From NCBI RefSeq assembly GCF_000281045.1, contig NW_008246070.1, forward strand, positions 524,954 to 588,953: a stretch of DNA of 64,000 nucleotides, read 5' to 3'. The position numbers and the translations under genes are program-made. Every line of letters starts with the position of its first letter. Positions within the stretch are counted from its first letter, which is position 1. The notes beneath the pieces were generated by a model. That model searched no databases. It was not told where the DNA came from and saw nothing but the letters and a program-made list of their open reading frames with translations. This document shows positions 24,725-38,200 of this stretch, piece by piece. Source of the stretch: Saprolegnia diclina VS20 (taxonomy: Eukaryota).

Positions 24725-26080
24725 ATGCAGCTCAACGAAGCTACGGCGCCTGGGCTGTCGTGCTGGCAAGAGCGGAGGTCAGCGCTCTTGGCACGACGCG
24801 ACGACAACCAAGCCGAGGGTACGGTCCGCGCCGATCTACCAACGCACCTCTTCGTGCTCGTGCACGGCAACAATGGCCACCCGACCGACTTTGACGTCGT
24901 CGCGGCCGCGCTCGTCGCCCAGTTCCCACCGGGCTCGATTGCGATTCTGCAAAGCAACGTCAACATGCGCCAGAAGACGCGCGCTGGCATTGCACAGTGC
25001 GGCCACCGCCTGGCATTAGAGATCCTCACCTGGCTCTTGACATTCCGCGTCCCCGATACGTCGTCGCCGCGGCGTCTCTCGATGCTCGGGCATTCGTTCG
25101 GCGGCCTCATTGCTCGCCATTGCCTTCCATTCCTTCTGCACACATTGAGCGCCATGCACATTCAACCGACGTCGTTTGTGACGCTCTGCACGCCACACCT
25201 CGGGTCGCGCAAGCCTGGCGGGTCCTTGCCGCGCGTACGAACACTCCTCGCGTCTCGTCCGAGGTGGCTAAAGAAGGACCTTAGGTCTTCTCCAAGTGGC
25301 TCGTGCACCGTATTCTTTTGACGCAGCGCCTGTACGGCCAAACCGGCCTCGACCTCCTCGTCCTCGGTAGCTGCGCCGTTCGTTGCAAGAGGCTAACTGT
25401 TGTACTACCTGTAGGTACCTCGACAGATCAAGCGACGCTCGAGGCCATGAGTGCGCCGGGTACGCCGCTCGCTTTGCCGAACAATCAGGAGACTCAGTGC
25501 ACGTAGACTCGGTCTATGTCCGAGCGCTCGCCGCGTTCGAACACCGGACGGCAGTCGGTCTGGCGACGGGCGACCACCTTGTGGCGCACGCTGCGTCGAC
25601 GATTTCACTGAGCTGCGCGGACGAGACCAATCTCGCGCCCAAGGGCATGTGGTCGTGGGCGGTCGAGCACAACGACTTTGCGCCGGCGCACCTCTCGCTG
25701 GCGCCTCCGTTGCCGACGCCGCTGGAGTTGGAGCACCGTGTCGAGTGCGTGCCGCAGCTCCACGACGGCTACATCGCCGACGCACGGTCCGTTCGTCGCT
25801 TGTACTGACTCGCAAACCGCAAATGATCCTACTTTGTAGGCGCCGCATTGCCTTTACCAAGTCAATGCTCACGGGCTTGCAGTCGGTGGGCTGGCGCCGT
25901 ATGCATCTGCACATTCGCGCGCCACTCCAGCACTGGCTCAAGCTGCACAATTGGCCGCTCGCGATCCGACAAGCACCGCTGGCCGAGCCTTCGTCCAAGG
26001 CCTTTGTCGCGCTCCTCGCGTCCACCTTGGCCGTCGACCACGGAATTGCTGGGCTTGACAGCACAAAAACCGACGTGTAA
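24725..26080 (+). CDS. DUF676-type putative serine esterase/lipase (alpha/beta hydrolase)
   Basis: HLFVLVHGNNG, GHSFGGLIAR nucleophile elbow, FVTLCTPHLGSR; several introns. Confidence 0.87.
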
Positions 26081-26201
26081 ATGATCAGTCGCCAGCTCAA
26101 GTTAGAGCACCAGTAGAGCGTTAGGAGTTGGTATATTGACGCGACGTTGCAGTTGGACTCGGTCTCCTCTCTATCTTCGACGCTAGTGTCGGTTTCGCAC
26201 C

Positions 26202-28153
26202 ATGGGCGACGACCTGCAATACAACGTGGCCCTGACGCAGCTCCAGGAGCAGTTGTATGGGCTCATGAAGCGAGGGACGCGGGCGCAGGTCGCCAAAGTC
26301 CACGCCAAGCTCGGCGTGCACTACATCAACGGCGGCTTCATCTCCGAGGCCATTCTGCAGTTTGAACACGAACTCGCAATCCGAAAAGAGCTCAAAGGTA
26401 CGCGGCCGCAATACGGTAGCTCGCGGTTCGACCTCTGACCGTAGAGGTCGTGGCGCAAGAGTCGTGCATGAACAACCTCGGCACCGTGTACCTCAAAGCG
26501 CGGGACCCGGAGGCTGCGATGAGCTGGTTCACGCAGGCGCGCGACCTCGCTCTAGCACGTGCCAATGTTTCCGCGCAGTGCCTTGTCCAGTACAACCTCT
26601 GCCTGGCGCACCACGCGCTCGGCAACGCCGCCGACGCAGCTCAGCTCGCGCTCGCCGTCTTCTCGACGCCGGTAACCCAAACCTACGCACGAAAGCCTCA
26701 TGACGACGACGACGTAGGAGTCGATCGAAGAGAGCTTACGCGTCTCGGCCCTCCAAGGTACACTGCGCATGTGCGGCCGTCTCCATCCTGTCGCTGTAGT
26801 GCTCGCCGCCACCGACAGTGTCCTGCGCACCGGCGCCTTTCTCGAGCATGCAACGATGGCGTACGAGCGCGCCGAGGGGCTTGGCGACCCGGTCCTCCTT
26901 GCGTCGTAGGACACATGGGAGCTCTACCAGTGGGATCCAATGTGCATGGGCGTAGCTGCGCGAGCGCGTTGGCCATCTACCACTTCGAGGCGCAGGCGTG
27001 GGACGAGTCGGCCAAGTACTTTGACATTTGCCTCCGCATGGCCATCGCGTCCAAGAACCTCAAGGCCGAAGCCGTTGCTCACTACCACGTCGGGTCGGCG
27101 CTCGCCGAGGCCGGTCAGCGCAAAGCCGCCGAGGCGCACTTCCTCCTCGGGCTCGAGCAGGCCAAATCGCTCGAGGCCAACGACCTCGCGGCGCTGCTCC
27201 AGGCCAAGATCGGTCTCGAGTACCTTTGCCACCACGACACGTTTGTTGCCAAAGCCGAGCTCAGCGTCGCGCTGCAGAAAGCGAGGTTCGCCGGCAGCCA
27301 CGTCGTCGAGAGCTACGTGCTCACGGGCCTCGGACACGTGCACATGATGGAGTCGCTTGTCGCCGACGCAGCCGCTGTCTACGCAGCGGATTTGGCGCTC
27401 TCGCCGCACGACCGCCCGTCGCAGCTGCGTGCACAGAGCAACCTCGGCGTCGCTGCCCTTGTCGCCGGCGACCTCGACGAAGCGATGAACCACTTTCGCG
27501 CCAACTCGGTAGGCTTTTTGCATCGTCCTCGTACACTGAGGCGAGTAGCGCACGGCGGCGATCCTCGGCCACCGTAAAGAAATGGCGCGCGCGCATTATG
27601 GCATGGGCCTCGTCGCCAAGGAAAAGAAGCGGCGGGGCGAGGTTCGAAGCCACTCGTCGCAGTAGGTATTTGCTACTGTGAATAGACGCTGTCGGCCGCG
27701 GACGAGCCGGTCCAGTTGTTTCAGCGCCAGCGGTCGCTGGCCGTCGAAGCCGGCGCCCGCCATCTCGAGATCCTTGCGCTCAAGTGCGCTGCTCGATACT
27801 ACGCAAGCATCCATAACGCGCAATGTAGGGAACTCGTGGCCGTGTACGACATGGCGCTCGCGTTCGAGAAGGCGCAGGACGAGTGTGACGAGCTCATTCG
27901 GCTGGCCGTCGAGACTCCGGGCGAGACGGTCCATCTGCTGGAGGCGTACCGGTCGCTTGCCAACGTGCTGTCGTCCCAGCTCAGCCTTCTCCAACAGCGC
28001 GGCAGTCGCTTCCACGACACGATCAAGGTGCTCATGCACAAGCGCGAAGAAGCGTGCAACAAGTACAAGCAGCTCTCCGATGCCTCGCTCATCGAGTCGG
28101 GACCTCCGATGCGCCAAGACGTCGACCACGTCCTCCGCGTCACCTTCAAGTAA
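26202..28153 (+). CDS. Tetratricopeptide-repeat protein
   Basis: Repeated helical motifs HAKLGVHY, MNNLGTVY, HYHVGSAL, LTGLGHVH, QSNLGVAA; multi-exon. Confidence 0.75.
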
Positions 28154-28174
28154 AAAGCCGCACACGGTGCTTGT

Positions 28175-29644
28175 CTATTCGGCGTTCTGGAGGAAGGCTT
28201 CGATGGTCTCGAGGACGGCGAGGCCCGTGCCTTCGATCTTGAGGATCGCGCTGGGCACTTCGGACCAGTCGTAAATGCACTCGTCGCTCGTGTCTGGGTT
28301 GATGCGAATCAAGTTTGCTTGCCGCGTCGTGAGCGACCGCTGGTACTCCTTCTTGAGCACATCGCGGACCACCATTTCACACTCATGCCGGACGGAGGGC
28401 ACCTAGCGACGCACTAGGACATCGGGTTTACGATCGCGACGGAGCGGTACCCGCATGCCGCAGCCCATTTCAATGACGACCACCTTCTTCTCGGGATGAT
28501 TGGCGAGCACCTAGCACCAGACGTTCATGAACTCGCAATCGCAAATGTGTCCCTACCTCTTCCATGGCCGCCTCCCAGTCGACGTACCGGTCCGAGTCGA
28601 GGTCGTTGGAGATCCACTTGCGGTCTGAGAACATGAGAATGTTGGGGCGCGCCGGGCCTCGGCACGTGCTGCACGAGAGGAGCCTAGTCGAGTGGCGAGT
28701 GGCGACTTGTCCATGTACTGCGCGCGACGTACGGGTCGCGTTCAAAGCCTTCCGCGTACATCGTGTTGCGATCAATCTCGAACCGGAACGGTGGCGGAAG
28801 CGCCCAGAGCGACGCCGAACACGGCTCCGTCTTGGCGTCCTTGCCCGCGCACTGCCAGAGCTACATGTGGCTCGTCAACGAGTTGGTGATGCGAGTGCTA
28901 CTTCAATGTTGCCGTGGATTTCATAAATCTCCGAAGGCGAAAAGAACTGCGTAAAGTGATGATCGACCTACGAGACCGCTTGATGGGCAAGATGTCGGAA
29001 GCAGCGAGGTACATTGGACGTGTAGATGAAGAACGGGTCGCCGGTCACGTCCGAGAAGTCCTTAGGCGCCATCTGCAGCGACTCCATCACGTTCCTGAGC
29101 TTCAGATTCGACTTGGCCGAGACGCGCTGCTTCCATTTTTGCAGGATTTGGTACCTGCCACGATGATGGGACTCGATAGGACATGTACGATTACCCTCGG
29201 TGGGGTGTCGTGCTGCGGTACATGTTGAGGCAGTCGCCCCAAAAACCGTAAAAGAGCTTGAGGTCTTCGTGGATCTAGGATGCAGCAAGCATCGCACCAT
29301 GCTCGGGCAGGTCATCGTCGTACCCAGTACGGGTCGCAGAGGTCTTGGTAGTCAACGCCCAGCGTGTTGTAGGCCTCGACCTTGGCAATGTCGCTAGACA
29401 CAAGATCGTCTTACACCACAGAGAGGCGCGCCGTACTTGTAGACGGGCAGGCCCGAATCCGCTACATAATGCCATGTCCTGCTAAGCCAATGGCACACGT
29501 CGTCGCCGATGGTCTACCTGAGAAGCCTGCGCCGGCAGCGATCATGATGAAGTCGGCGTCGCGGATCAAGGCTACAAGTGGCACGTGAGCATGCTCGTCA
29601 TGGGCTCCTCGCGTACCGGCGGCCTGGCGACACTTCTCGTCCAT
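28175..29644 (-). CDS. Sir2-family (sirtuin) NAD-dependent deacylase, about 10 introns
   Basis: Spliced product: AAGAGFS|ADSGLP, FYGFWG, FIYTSN|VDHHF, EIHGNIE|LWQC, CSTCRGPARPNILMFSD, VIEMGCG, LIRINP. Confidence 0.88.
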
Positions 29645-29792
29645 CCTCCTCCGGCGGCGCTGTCTCGGACTTGGCTGTTTCACAAATGGCAGGCAATACT
29701 ATGGGATTATCCGGCAGCTAATTGCACGCCACTGACACATACAAAATGACGCCACCAATAAATTACGCGCAGGACGCGGTTTTTGCGTGAAA

Positions 29793-31303
29793 CTAGACGG
29801 TCATGAAGACCTCGTCGCCCGGTCGCGGCTCGTCTGCTGCCGTGTTGCCAAACGGCCAGAGGAACTGGAGCAGCGCGTGCCAGAAGCTCTCTGGCTCGGC
29901 CATGGCCTTGGCGCGGACGCTGGCGTAGTCGAACACATCTGCGATCGCGGGCTGCGGCGGCGGGTCTCGAAGCACGATCGGACCGCGGTGGCTCGTCGGC
30001 GGACGCCCCAGCGTGGCGCTGCCGGGTCCAAACGCAGGTGCTTCGGCTACGACAAGTGGCCTTGACGGTGTCGCGCCCGCCTCGAGCTCGGTCACGCGCT
30101 TCCGCAGCGTCTATGCACCGCGCCATGAGCATTGCGCCTTCAAGGCGAATTCCGTCCTACCTCGATCGTGTCCTTGTCCGAGCGGATCTGCGCCTTCAGC
30201 CCCATCATCTGCTCCTCCTGCACGACAATGTGCTCTTCGGCGTCATAGAGACGTCGCTCGACAAGAGCCTTCTCGGCGCGCAGCTTGCGGATGTAGTCGA
30301 GGACGGCCTCGTGCTCGCCGAGGAGATTCCGGTCGTTGACGTCGGTGACGAGCGCCTCCATCGACTCTTTGAGTTGCGCAATAAGTGCGTCCTTCTCCTC
30401 GAGCTGGTGGCGCACGTGGCTGTCGTGCGGCAACGTGCTTGGCGCGGAGGCGGCGAAGGTCGGCGTCGTGGGCACGACCACAGATATCGTTGGGGCGCGG
30501 GCCCGCGGACTCGTAGCGAGCGCAGTCATGACGACGTCGCGGTCCTCTGCGTCTTGCTTCTCCGTGTTCGCAACGTCGTTGGCAGGTCGCTTGGTGATTT
30601 TGCCTTTGGCAATGATGCGCGTGATCTCCTTCTTGGACGCAACTTCGACTGGGGCCTTGCCCTTGACGTAGCCCCGGGTTCCGACGAGGCTCAGGTCGGC
30701 GCCAAAGTCCACGAGGAGCTGGACGCACTCGGCCGAGTTGACGTGGCACGCCTCGTGAAGCGCCGTCGCGCCATCGGCGTTTTGCTGGTTCAAGACAGGC
30801 GACCGCCCGTACTTGCGCAAGAGCAGAGAAAGGACGTCGACGGCGTTGCTCGAGGCGGCCCAGTGCAGCAGCGTGTTCTCGTGCGGTGGGCCGTCAGTGG
30901 CCGTTGCGCCGTCGATGCCGGCCCGCAAGAGCTCCTCAACCTTGGGCACGTCGTTCATCGCAACGTGCTGCACAATGTACTGCCCAAAGACTTGAACCAT
31001 CGCACGATGTGGTAGCTGCCCGAGCGCGATCTCGTACGCTGTCTTGTGCGTGTACTTGGACGGCTTCTTGCTAGGGATCGCGGCAGCGTCAGCGGCAAAG
31101 CCGGCTGAGAGCAGTGCGCGGACCGCGTCCGTCTTTTGATGCACGACGGCGACGTGCAAAGGCGTGAGGCCCTCGGCGTTGCGGATCGCGTCGAGCTTCA
31201 AGACGTCCTTGCCGTGGTCGAGGAGCGCCTTGAGGACGTCGGCGCGGCCATGCTCAGCGGCGAGGAAGAGCCCATCGTGCGCGGCCTCGAGCTCCTGCTG
31301 CAT
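29793..31303 (-). CDS. Ankyrin-repeat plus coiled-coil protein
   Basis: GLTPLHVAV, NTLLHWAA, GATALHEAC; C-terminal heptad-rich region; intron 30111-30160. Confidence 0.85.
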
Positions 31304-31817
31304 GGCGAAATCTTGGTTGCCACGTTGCAAACGAGATCGTCGTCGTCCGGATACATAGATCATATCCGGTATTTCACGAAGATCGCAACAACCGAGCGTC
31401 GTCGATCCTTGACGATGCTACTAGACCTCTCTGCAGTCGACTTGACGCTGGTTCTAGCGCAATAACGTGCGACTACACTATGCATATGTTGCCATCGCGA
31501 TGAAGTGGGCAAATCGTCTTCTTCCGCCTTGCCAGCAACGTTTCAGGCCAGGAGGTTGCCTGACCATCGCAGAGTCCAGGCCGCCATCCATCGGTAGACT
31601 GTATTTGCCTGGAACCAACGATGGTCTAGCGAGTCGTCGACCCCAGCTCTTTCGTCTCGCATCTCAGTCATTCCTGCAGCGATATGGCTGAGGTATATAA
31701 GTACTCATGGCGCTTCGGTTGAAGCGGCAGTCCGGATAGCAAAGCGGCGTACCTTCGACAAAGAAGATCTTTGGGCGGATAAAGGTACAAAATAAAATCG
31801 AAAAAGAACGTTTTTTG

Positions 31818-31868
31818 TGATTGGCCAAAAGTCGCTCCAGATGGAATTTCGAGGATTTTGGCCAATCA
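31818..31868. promoter_or_regulatory. Inverted CCAAT-box pair in a divergent promoter
   Basis: TGATTGGCCAAAA (31818-31830) and TTTTGGCCAATCA (31856-31868) form a perfect 13-bp inverted repeat. Confidence 0.55.
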
Positions 31869-31949
31869 TATCGCGCGCGTTGAAAGGTCGCCCTAAACCG
31901 TCGCCCATACAAAGGCCGAGCGAAAGCCATTTTCGTTGTCGCTGGGCTC

Positions 31950-33297
31950 ATGGCGGACGCGGAGGGCGTGCAGCAGGAGCTGCAGGACTACCTGCAGAAG
32001 AAGGGTATCAACACGCTCTTCATCAACATCGTCGAGTCGCTCCTGCTCTCCAAGCCCGACAACCCCGTGCTGCACATCATCCAGTACCTCCAGACCAACT
32101 TCCCGGACCAAGCGACGGTCCGTGCGGCCGAAGCGCCTGCGATCGCGACTGGCCGTACGCCGACGTACATGAATCGATTGGCTCATGGCGCGTAGACCAC
32201 TCGGACGAGTCGGAAAGCGAAGATGAAGCCGAGGGCGAAGAAGATGCAGTCGGCGAGATGCAGGAAGCGCAGCCCGTCGCGCGGACGTTCCCGAAAGGCC
32301 GCAGAATATCCGTGTCGGCCGAAGCGCTCGATCCTGAAAAGTACGTCCATGGCAACCTTGCGTGGCTGAGATGGCATGGTCGTAGCGCCAAGCCGCTGGA
32401 GGCCGTTGTGCACCCCAAGTCGGAAGAAGAGAGAAAACGCATCTCCGACATCCTCGTCGACAACATCCTCTTCAAGTCCCTCGACGAGAAGCAATCCAAG
32501 GTACGAGCACATGCATGTGTGACCACGCTCATCCTGCGCGGCTAGATCCTCCTCGATGCGATGTTCCCCAAGGAGTTTGGCGTTGGCGAGGTCATCATCA
32601 AGCAGGGAGACGACGGCGACAACTTTTACATCCTCGACACGGGCGTCTGCGAAGTCTATAAGGACGACAACCTCGTTCTCACGTGCACGGAAGCCATGTC
32701 GTTTGGCGAACTCGCGCTTATGTACAATGCACCGCGCGCCGCGACGGTCAAGGTCAAGGAGAACTCCAAAGTCTGGGCACTCGACCGCCAAACCTTCAAG
32801 GTACATTAACAGCTTCCATTGTGCTCCATTTCATTCTGTGTCATTAGTACATCATCATGGAAACGACGATGAAGAAGCGCGACCAGTACAAGGGCTTTAT
32901 CGAGAAGGTGCCGCTGCTCGAGTCCCTAAGCGAGTACGAGCGGCTCACGGTCGCCGACGCGCTGCGCGTCGCCACGTTCAACGACGGCGAAGTCATCATT
33001 CGCCAGGGCGACGATGGCAACCTCTTTTATATTATCTCGGAGGGCACGGCTGTGTGCACGAAGCAAGTGTCGCCGTCGGACCCGGTCCAGGAAATCGGCC
33101 TCCTCTCGACGGGCGCGTACTTCGGCGAGATTGCACTGCTCACGACGCGGCCTCGGCAGGCGACCGTGACGGCGAAAGGCCAAGTCAAGTGCTTGACGCT
33201 GGACCGGAAAACGTTCAAGCGCGTCATGGGCCCCCTCGAGAACATCCTGAAGCGCAACCTCGCGCAGTACAACCTCGTCATGGCCAACACCATCTAA
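31950..33297 (+). CDS. PKAR: cAMP-dependent protein kinase regulatory subunit
   Basis: N-terminal dimerisation/docking domain (LLLSKPDNP), RRISVSAE inhibitor site, two CNBDs FGELALMYNAPRAAT and FGEIALLTTRPRQAT. Confidence 0.95.
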
Positions 33298-33380
33298 GCC
33301 GAGAATGGCGTGTATTTTCATACATTAACACAATCCAATACCAACACCCTTGTAGATTCGAGGTTTCTGTCACGGGATGC

Positions 33381-34160
33381 TTACTTCTTGGCGGCTTCGT
33401 CGACCGGGTTCTCGTCCAAGACCTCGACGACGACGTTGTGGTTGGTGTACACGCAAATGTCGGCCGCGATCTTCATCGAGCGACGGGCGACGTCTTCGGC
33501 CGACAAGTGCGGCTGGTCGATGAGCGCACGTGCGGCCGCGAGCGCGTATGTGCCGCCCGACCCAATGCCAATGATGCCGTCATGGGGCTGGAGCACATCG
33601 CCGTTGCCCGTCAATGTGAACGACTGCTTGTTGTCCGTGACGATGAGCAGCGCCTACGCTAGAGTTAGTCAACGCAGCAAGTCGGCTTCGGTGTACTTCG
33701 AGCGCGCGAAGGTATTTGTCGGTCCGCCACGCCTTGGCCAATTCGACGCACGCACGCGTGAGCTGGCCTAGATGTCATGTTTAGTGCATGCGAATTGGTA
33801 GCGCCTGCAATCGGCACGTTCGCACCCGGGTACTCGTCGAGCTTGCTCTCCAAGCGCTCAATGAGCGTGAAGGCGTCGGCCGTCGAGCCGGCAAAGCCCG
33901 CAATGACGTTCTCGTTGATGCGGCGCACCTTTTGCGCATTGGGCTTGACGATCGTGTGGCCGAGCGAGACTTGGCCGTCGCCAATGACGCACTACGCGTC
34001 CCGTGAGCGATCCTGCGATCTTTCTGCATCGACGTACCACTTTGCCGTCCTTGCGCACGCAGAGGATGGTGGTGCCATGCATCGTCGGCGCGGACGAGAA
34101 GGCGCGCTTGGCGTCGAGGGCGGCGGCGCGCTGGAGGGCGATGGCGGCGCTGCGGAACAT
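33381..34160 (-). CDS. hslV: Mitochondrial ATP-dependent protease subunit HslV (ClpQ)
   Basis: Presequence followed by [12 protein letters not shown] (catalytic Thr), [28 protein letters not shown]. Confidence 0.95.
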
Positions 34161-34180
34161 GGCGAACGTCGGCGGCTAGC

Positions 34181-34196
34181 GAAATCGGAAATGGAG
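34181..34196 (-). promoter_or_regulatory. INR+FPR-like core promoter element
   Basis: CTCCATTTCCGATTTC ending about 20 nt upstream of the hslV ATG. Confidence 0.45.
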
Positions 34197-34582
34197 CACC
34201 ACACAGAGGGTTTTTAACTCGTGTCCACCTTAACTGCGGGCACGTAACCACAAACAATCTTTTCAAAAATAGGGGAATCAACGTGATGAGATACATTTTC
34301 AAAAGAGAAATTAACAACATGCAACCTTTTCTGGCACAAAAGAACCAACTGTCCCGACATCAACCAGCGCTACCCAGACCTCACAGTTCCAGTGTACCTG
34401 CCCACGCAGCAGGAGCCATCTCCCCAGTCCTTCCTTGGACATGTAAACACGCTGCTTACTCCGGCGGCCAAGGAAGTCAGGCGAACGTGTGCGACATATT
34501 ATGTGCACCGACTTATCCGGACGACGCAGTTTTCCGGTGGCATAAATGCGCAGTTGCATTCTTTGACCAGTGACGACGACCC

Positions 34583-35233
34583 ATGGTGCTCGCGTTCCTC
34601 CGCCCGCTGCGCCCGCTCGGCGGCCTGCGCCACGCGCGCTTCATGGCGACGCGGTCGTCCTACCAGCGCAACCTCGATGAGAAGAACAAGCGCATCATGC
34701 TCTACACGGCGTCGACGGCGCTGCTCTTCTTTGGCGCGGCGTACGCAGCCGTCCCGCTCTACAAGATCTTTTGCCAAATGACGGGCTTTGGTGGCACGAC
34801 GCAGCGCAGCGACATCCTCACGGCCGAGAAGCTGAGCCCTGTCGAGGGCGCGCACCCGATCCGCGTCACGTTTGACGGCGGCGTTGCGGGCGCGATGCCG
34901 TGGAGCTTCCGGCCGATCCAGCGCGACCTTGTGATCGTGCCGGGCGAGACCGCGCTGGCCTTTTACACGGCCAAGAATCCGACCGAGAAGGCGATAACGG
35001 GCGTCGCCACGTACAACGTGCACCCGCCCAAGGCCGGTCTCTACTTTAACAAGATCCAGTGCTTTTGCTTTGAGGAGCAGCGCCTCAAGGCCAACGAGGA
35101 GATTGATATGCCCGTCTTCTTCTTCATCGACCCGGATATCGTCGACGACCCGTCGATGACCAACGTCTCCAACATTACGCTCTCGTACACGTTCTTCAAG
35201 ACGGACGACGTCGACGAGGACGACGTCGAGTAA
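34583..35233 (+). CDS. COX11: Cytochrome c oxidase assembly protein Cox11
   Basis: YAAVPLYKIFCQMTGFGGT, PGETALAFY, YFNKIQCFCFEEQ; intronless. Confidence 0.97.
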   Translation: MVLAFLRPLRPLGGLRHARFMATRSSYQRNLDEKNKRIMLYTASTALLFFGAAYAAVPLYKIFCQMTGFGGTTQRSDILTAEKLSPVEGAHPIRVTFDGGVAGAMPWSFRPIQRDLVIVPGETALAFYTAKNPTEKAITGVATYNVHPPKAGLYFNKIQCFCFEEQRLKANEEIDMPVFFFIDPDIVDDPSMTNVSNITLSYTFFKTDDVDEDDVE

Positions 35234-35288
35234 TTTCGACTATAGACTACCACGCATGTATTACATATACGACTACCCATGTGCAAAC

Positions 35289-38200
35289 TTAGTCGCCCAT
35301 CGTGCTGAATGCAGCACTCGAATGCGACGTCGTGCTGCCACGACGCTCGGTCGACTCGCGCCGGCCATGGCTCTTGCGGTTGTCCCGTCGACTGTTGTTG
35401 TTGTTGTTGCCCTTGCCCAACTGAGCGGACTCGCGTCGCGCCACGGGTACATCTGAGCGCTCGACCACTTCCTGATCTTCGCGCTCGGCCTCTTCGTCAA
35501 GCTCGCGCTCCGTGTGCATCCATTCGTCGCGGCACTGGTCAAAGTACTCGGGGAAGCGCTCCATGAGCAGATCAAAGTCGTCAAAGTAGAGGAGGAAGCA
35601 CTCGCAGTCGCAGTTGGCGATCGCCGTGTACTCACGCCCACGATCTTCAAAGAGCGACCGGCCGCCAAAGAGGCTGCCCTGAAATTTCTCGAGCGGCGTC
35701 TTCTTGGCCGCGAGAACGGTCGTGCCGCCGACGTTGATGAAGTAGAGGACCCGACCGACGTCGCCGACCTACCTCCGTAGTTAGTCGACCACCCATACTA
35801 CTTGACGAACCTGGTAGATGAGGTCGGCGTACACAAACTGCTCGGTTTCGAGCACCGTGACAAGCGATCGCAAAAAGACTTCGTGGGCCGTCGCCAGGAA
35901 CGAGAGGCTGAGCAACATGCTGCGCTTGACGTGCATCGCAATGTCTTCCTTCATTTTCGGCGAGAGCGTCGAGAGGATCTCAAACTCGGTCTGTCCTTGG
36001 CTCCGCTGCCATAGCGACCGAAAGACACCGGACGTTTGCACGAAGAACTCGAACGGGAGCCGGCGATAGTTGAAGAACGTTGAAATGTCGATCATTTTTT
36101 GCTCAAACTTCATTCGCATCGCGAGGTGCTCTTCCATCAAGCCCGAAAGAACGCCCGTGAGGAGCCCGAGGACGGTGATGGCAATCACGATAAAGGCGAC
36201 CGTGAGATACGTCTCGAGCACGTTCGTGCTCACGACGTCGCCAAAGCTCTGGCTCGTGAGCGACGACGTCGCATAGTAGAGCGCCACGAGGTAGACATTG
36301 AGGCTCGTGAATCGCACGTGGTTGGAGAGCAAGAGATGGATGATGGGCGTCGGGCTCAGCGGCAGCTTGGTCGTGCCATTGACGTAGCCCGTGGCGACGA
36401 GCCAGGACGGCGACTGCGTCTCGGTCAAGAGGTTGAAGGCCGTGAAGAACCACACGCACGCCATCCAGTGCGCGGCAAGGAAGAGCGGCATCAAGAACGA
36501 GCAGACAAATTTGACGAGCACCTCGTGGTGCCGCGTCGATGGGAACCGCCCGAGGAACCGCTGTAGCGTCGAGGTGAGCGCGGGGTAGTGCACGATGCGC
36601 ACCATCTTGTTGAGTCGGAGGAGCGATGCGACTTGCCAGCGCGCGTGGCCGTCCACGGGCAGCAGTAGCGCAAGGAACTCGAGCGGGAGGAGCGCGAAAA
36701 GGTCCATGGCAAGGCCGCCGTGGCGCCAGTACCGCCGCCGCACGAGCGCCCGAGAGACTTGGAGTTCGCCGGCCTTGAACTCGTAAAAGTACTGAAAGCG
36801 CAGGACAATGTCCACGAGGCAGAGACCGTCGAGGAGGTACTCGGCCGCAAACCACCCGATCGCAAGCGGTGACCACTCGAGCACAAAGCACGCGCGAAAC
36901 GGCAACGCGCACGCAAAGTAGATGGTTGCTGCGAGGCAGCCGAGGTCCCAGATCTCACGGAAGCGCGAGTGGGGAATCAAGTATGGCGGCGGCGGTGGGT
37001 CATGGTGCCAGATGGTAAGCGTCTCGAGCGTCATCTGCGTCGTAGCGACGCCAACCTCGTCTTGGCGCCCGCGCTTGCCCCCGAGCATGGACCCAAACGA
37101 CCGCTTCGTGAACGAGTTCTTCTTGGGTGGCAGTATGGTCGCTTGCTTTTGCTGTTCTTCGTTGCGGAGCCGCACGAGACTGGCCAAGGCATCACCAGCT
37201 AGTGCACCCGTGACGCTCGGTCGTATCTCGGTCGATGGGATGGCGGCTTGCTGCCGCGCAAAGGTGATGGCGGTGTGCCATGCTGCCGTGCTTTTGGTGT
37301 GGATGTCGCGAAGGATGAGGGCTTTGATCTTGACGGGCGCGGGCTTGCCGCCGGATCCGACACCGAGGTTGCGCGTAATGGCGACGATCGCGCGCTTCAT
37401 GGCCGCGACGTCGGCCTGCACCTCCTTCTTGATGCGCCACTCGACTTCAACGCGCGTTTCGAGAGGCCACATGCCCTCCCATTCCGAGAGCGGAAGGCAA
37501 AGCACTTCGCTGCATTTGACAGCGCGAATACTGTAGCTGTAGCGCATGTCGAGGAAGAAGGCGTCTTCGCCAAACACAACGCCTTCGTCCACCGGCGCAA
37601 ACACCAACATGTGGGACTTGAGGTACTTCTCTGCGCGACCGCGCTTCATGATGAAAAAGTGCGTCGCGACGTCGCCTTCCAGCACCATGTCGTCACCGGG
37701 AAGATACAGTTCTTGGCTCAATTTGGCAGCAATGCCGTAGATTTGCGCTAATGCATGAAACGTCAACAAAAATGATATGTCACGATGACAGACCAGGCTG
37801 TAGACCGGTAAAGTACGGCACACTGCGGACCCATGTCGTGTAGAGATCCTTGAAGAGGTCGAGGCGCAAGTGGTGTGGGAGATCCCCAAACACCTCGTGC
37901 GCGTCGATGCCCTTGCTACAGTCGTGCTGAAAGCGTAAGAAGAGCTTGCCGCGCTCGAGGAGCATGTGCGGCAGCTTCTTGGACCGCGCGTACTTTTTGA
38001 AGCGCTCAATGTGAAACTCGAGCTCCCGCGTGTCCTACGAACGCAAGTGAGATATCTGCGATGCTGCTACTCGATCGATCGACGTCCGTAGTACCTTGCT
38101 CGCATTGTAGATGGACGTTGAGGTTTGGCCAATGACGATGCCGAGGAAGAGGACGCCGACAATTGCGACGGCGCAAAACCACAGCGTCTCGGCGAGCAGC

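Noticed and set aside
33381..34160. hslV as recent bacterial HGT or contamination
   Set aside because: It has introns and a presequence; mitochondrial HslV is established in many protists.
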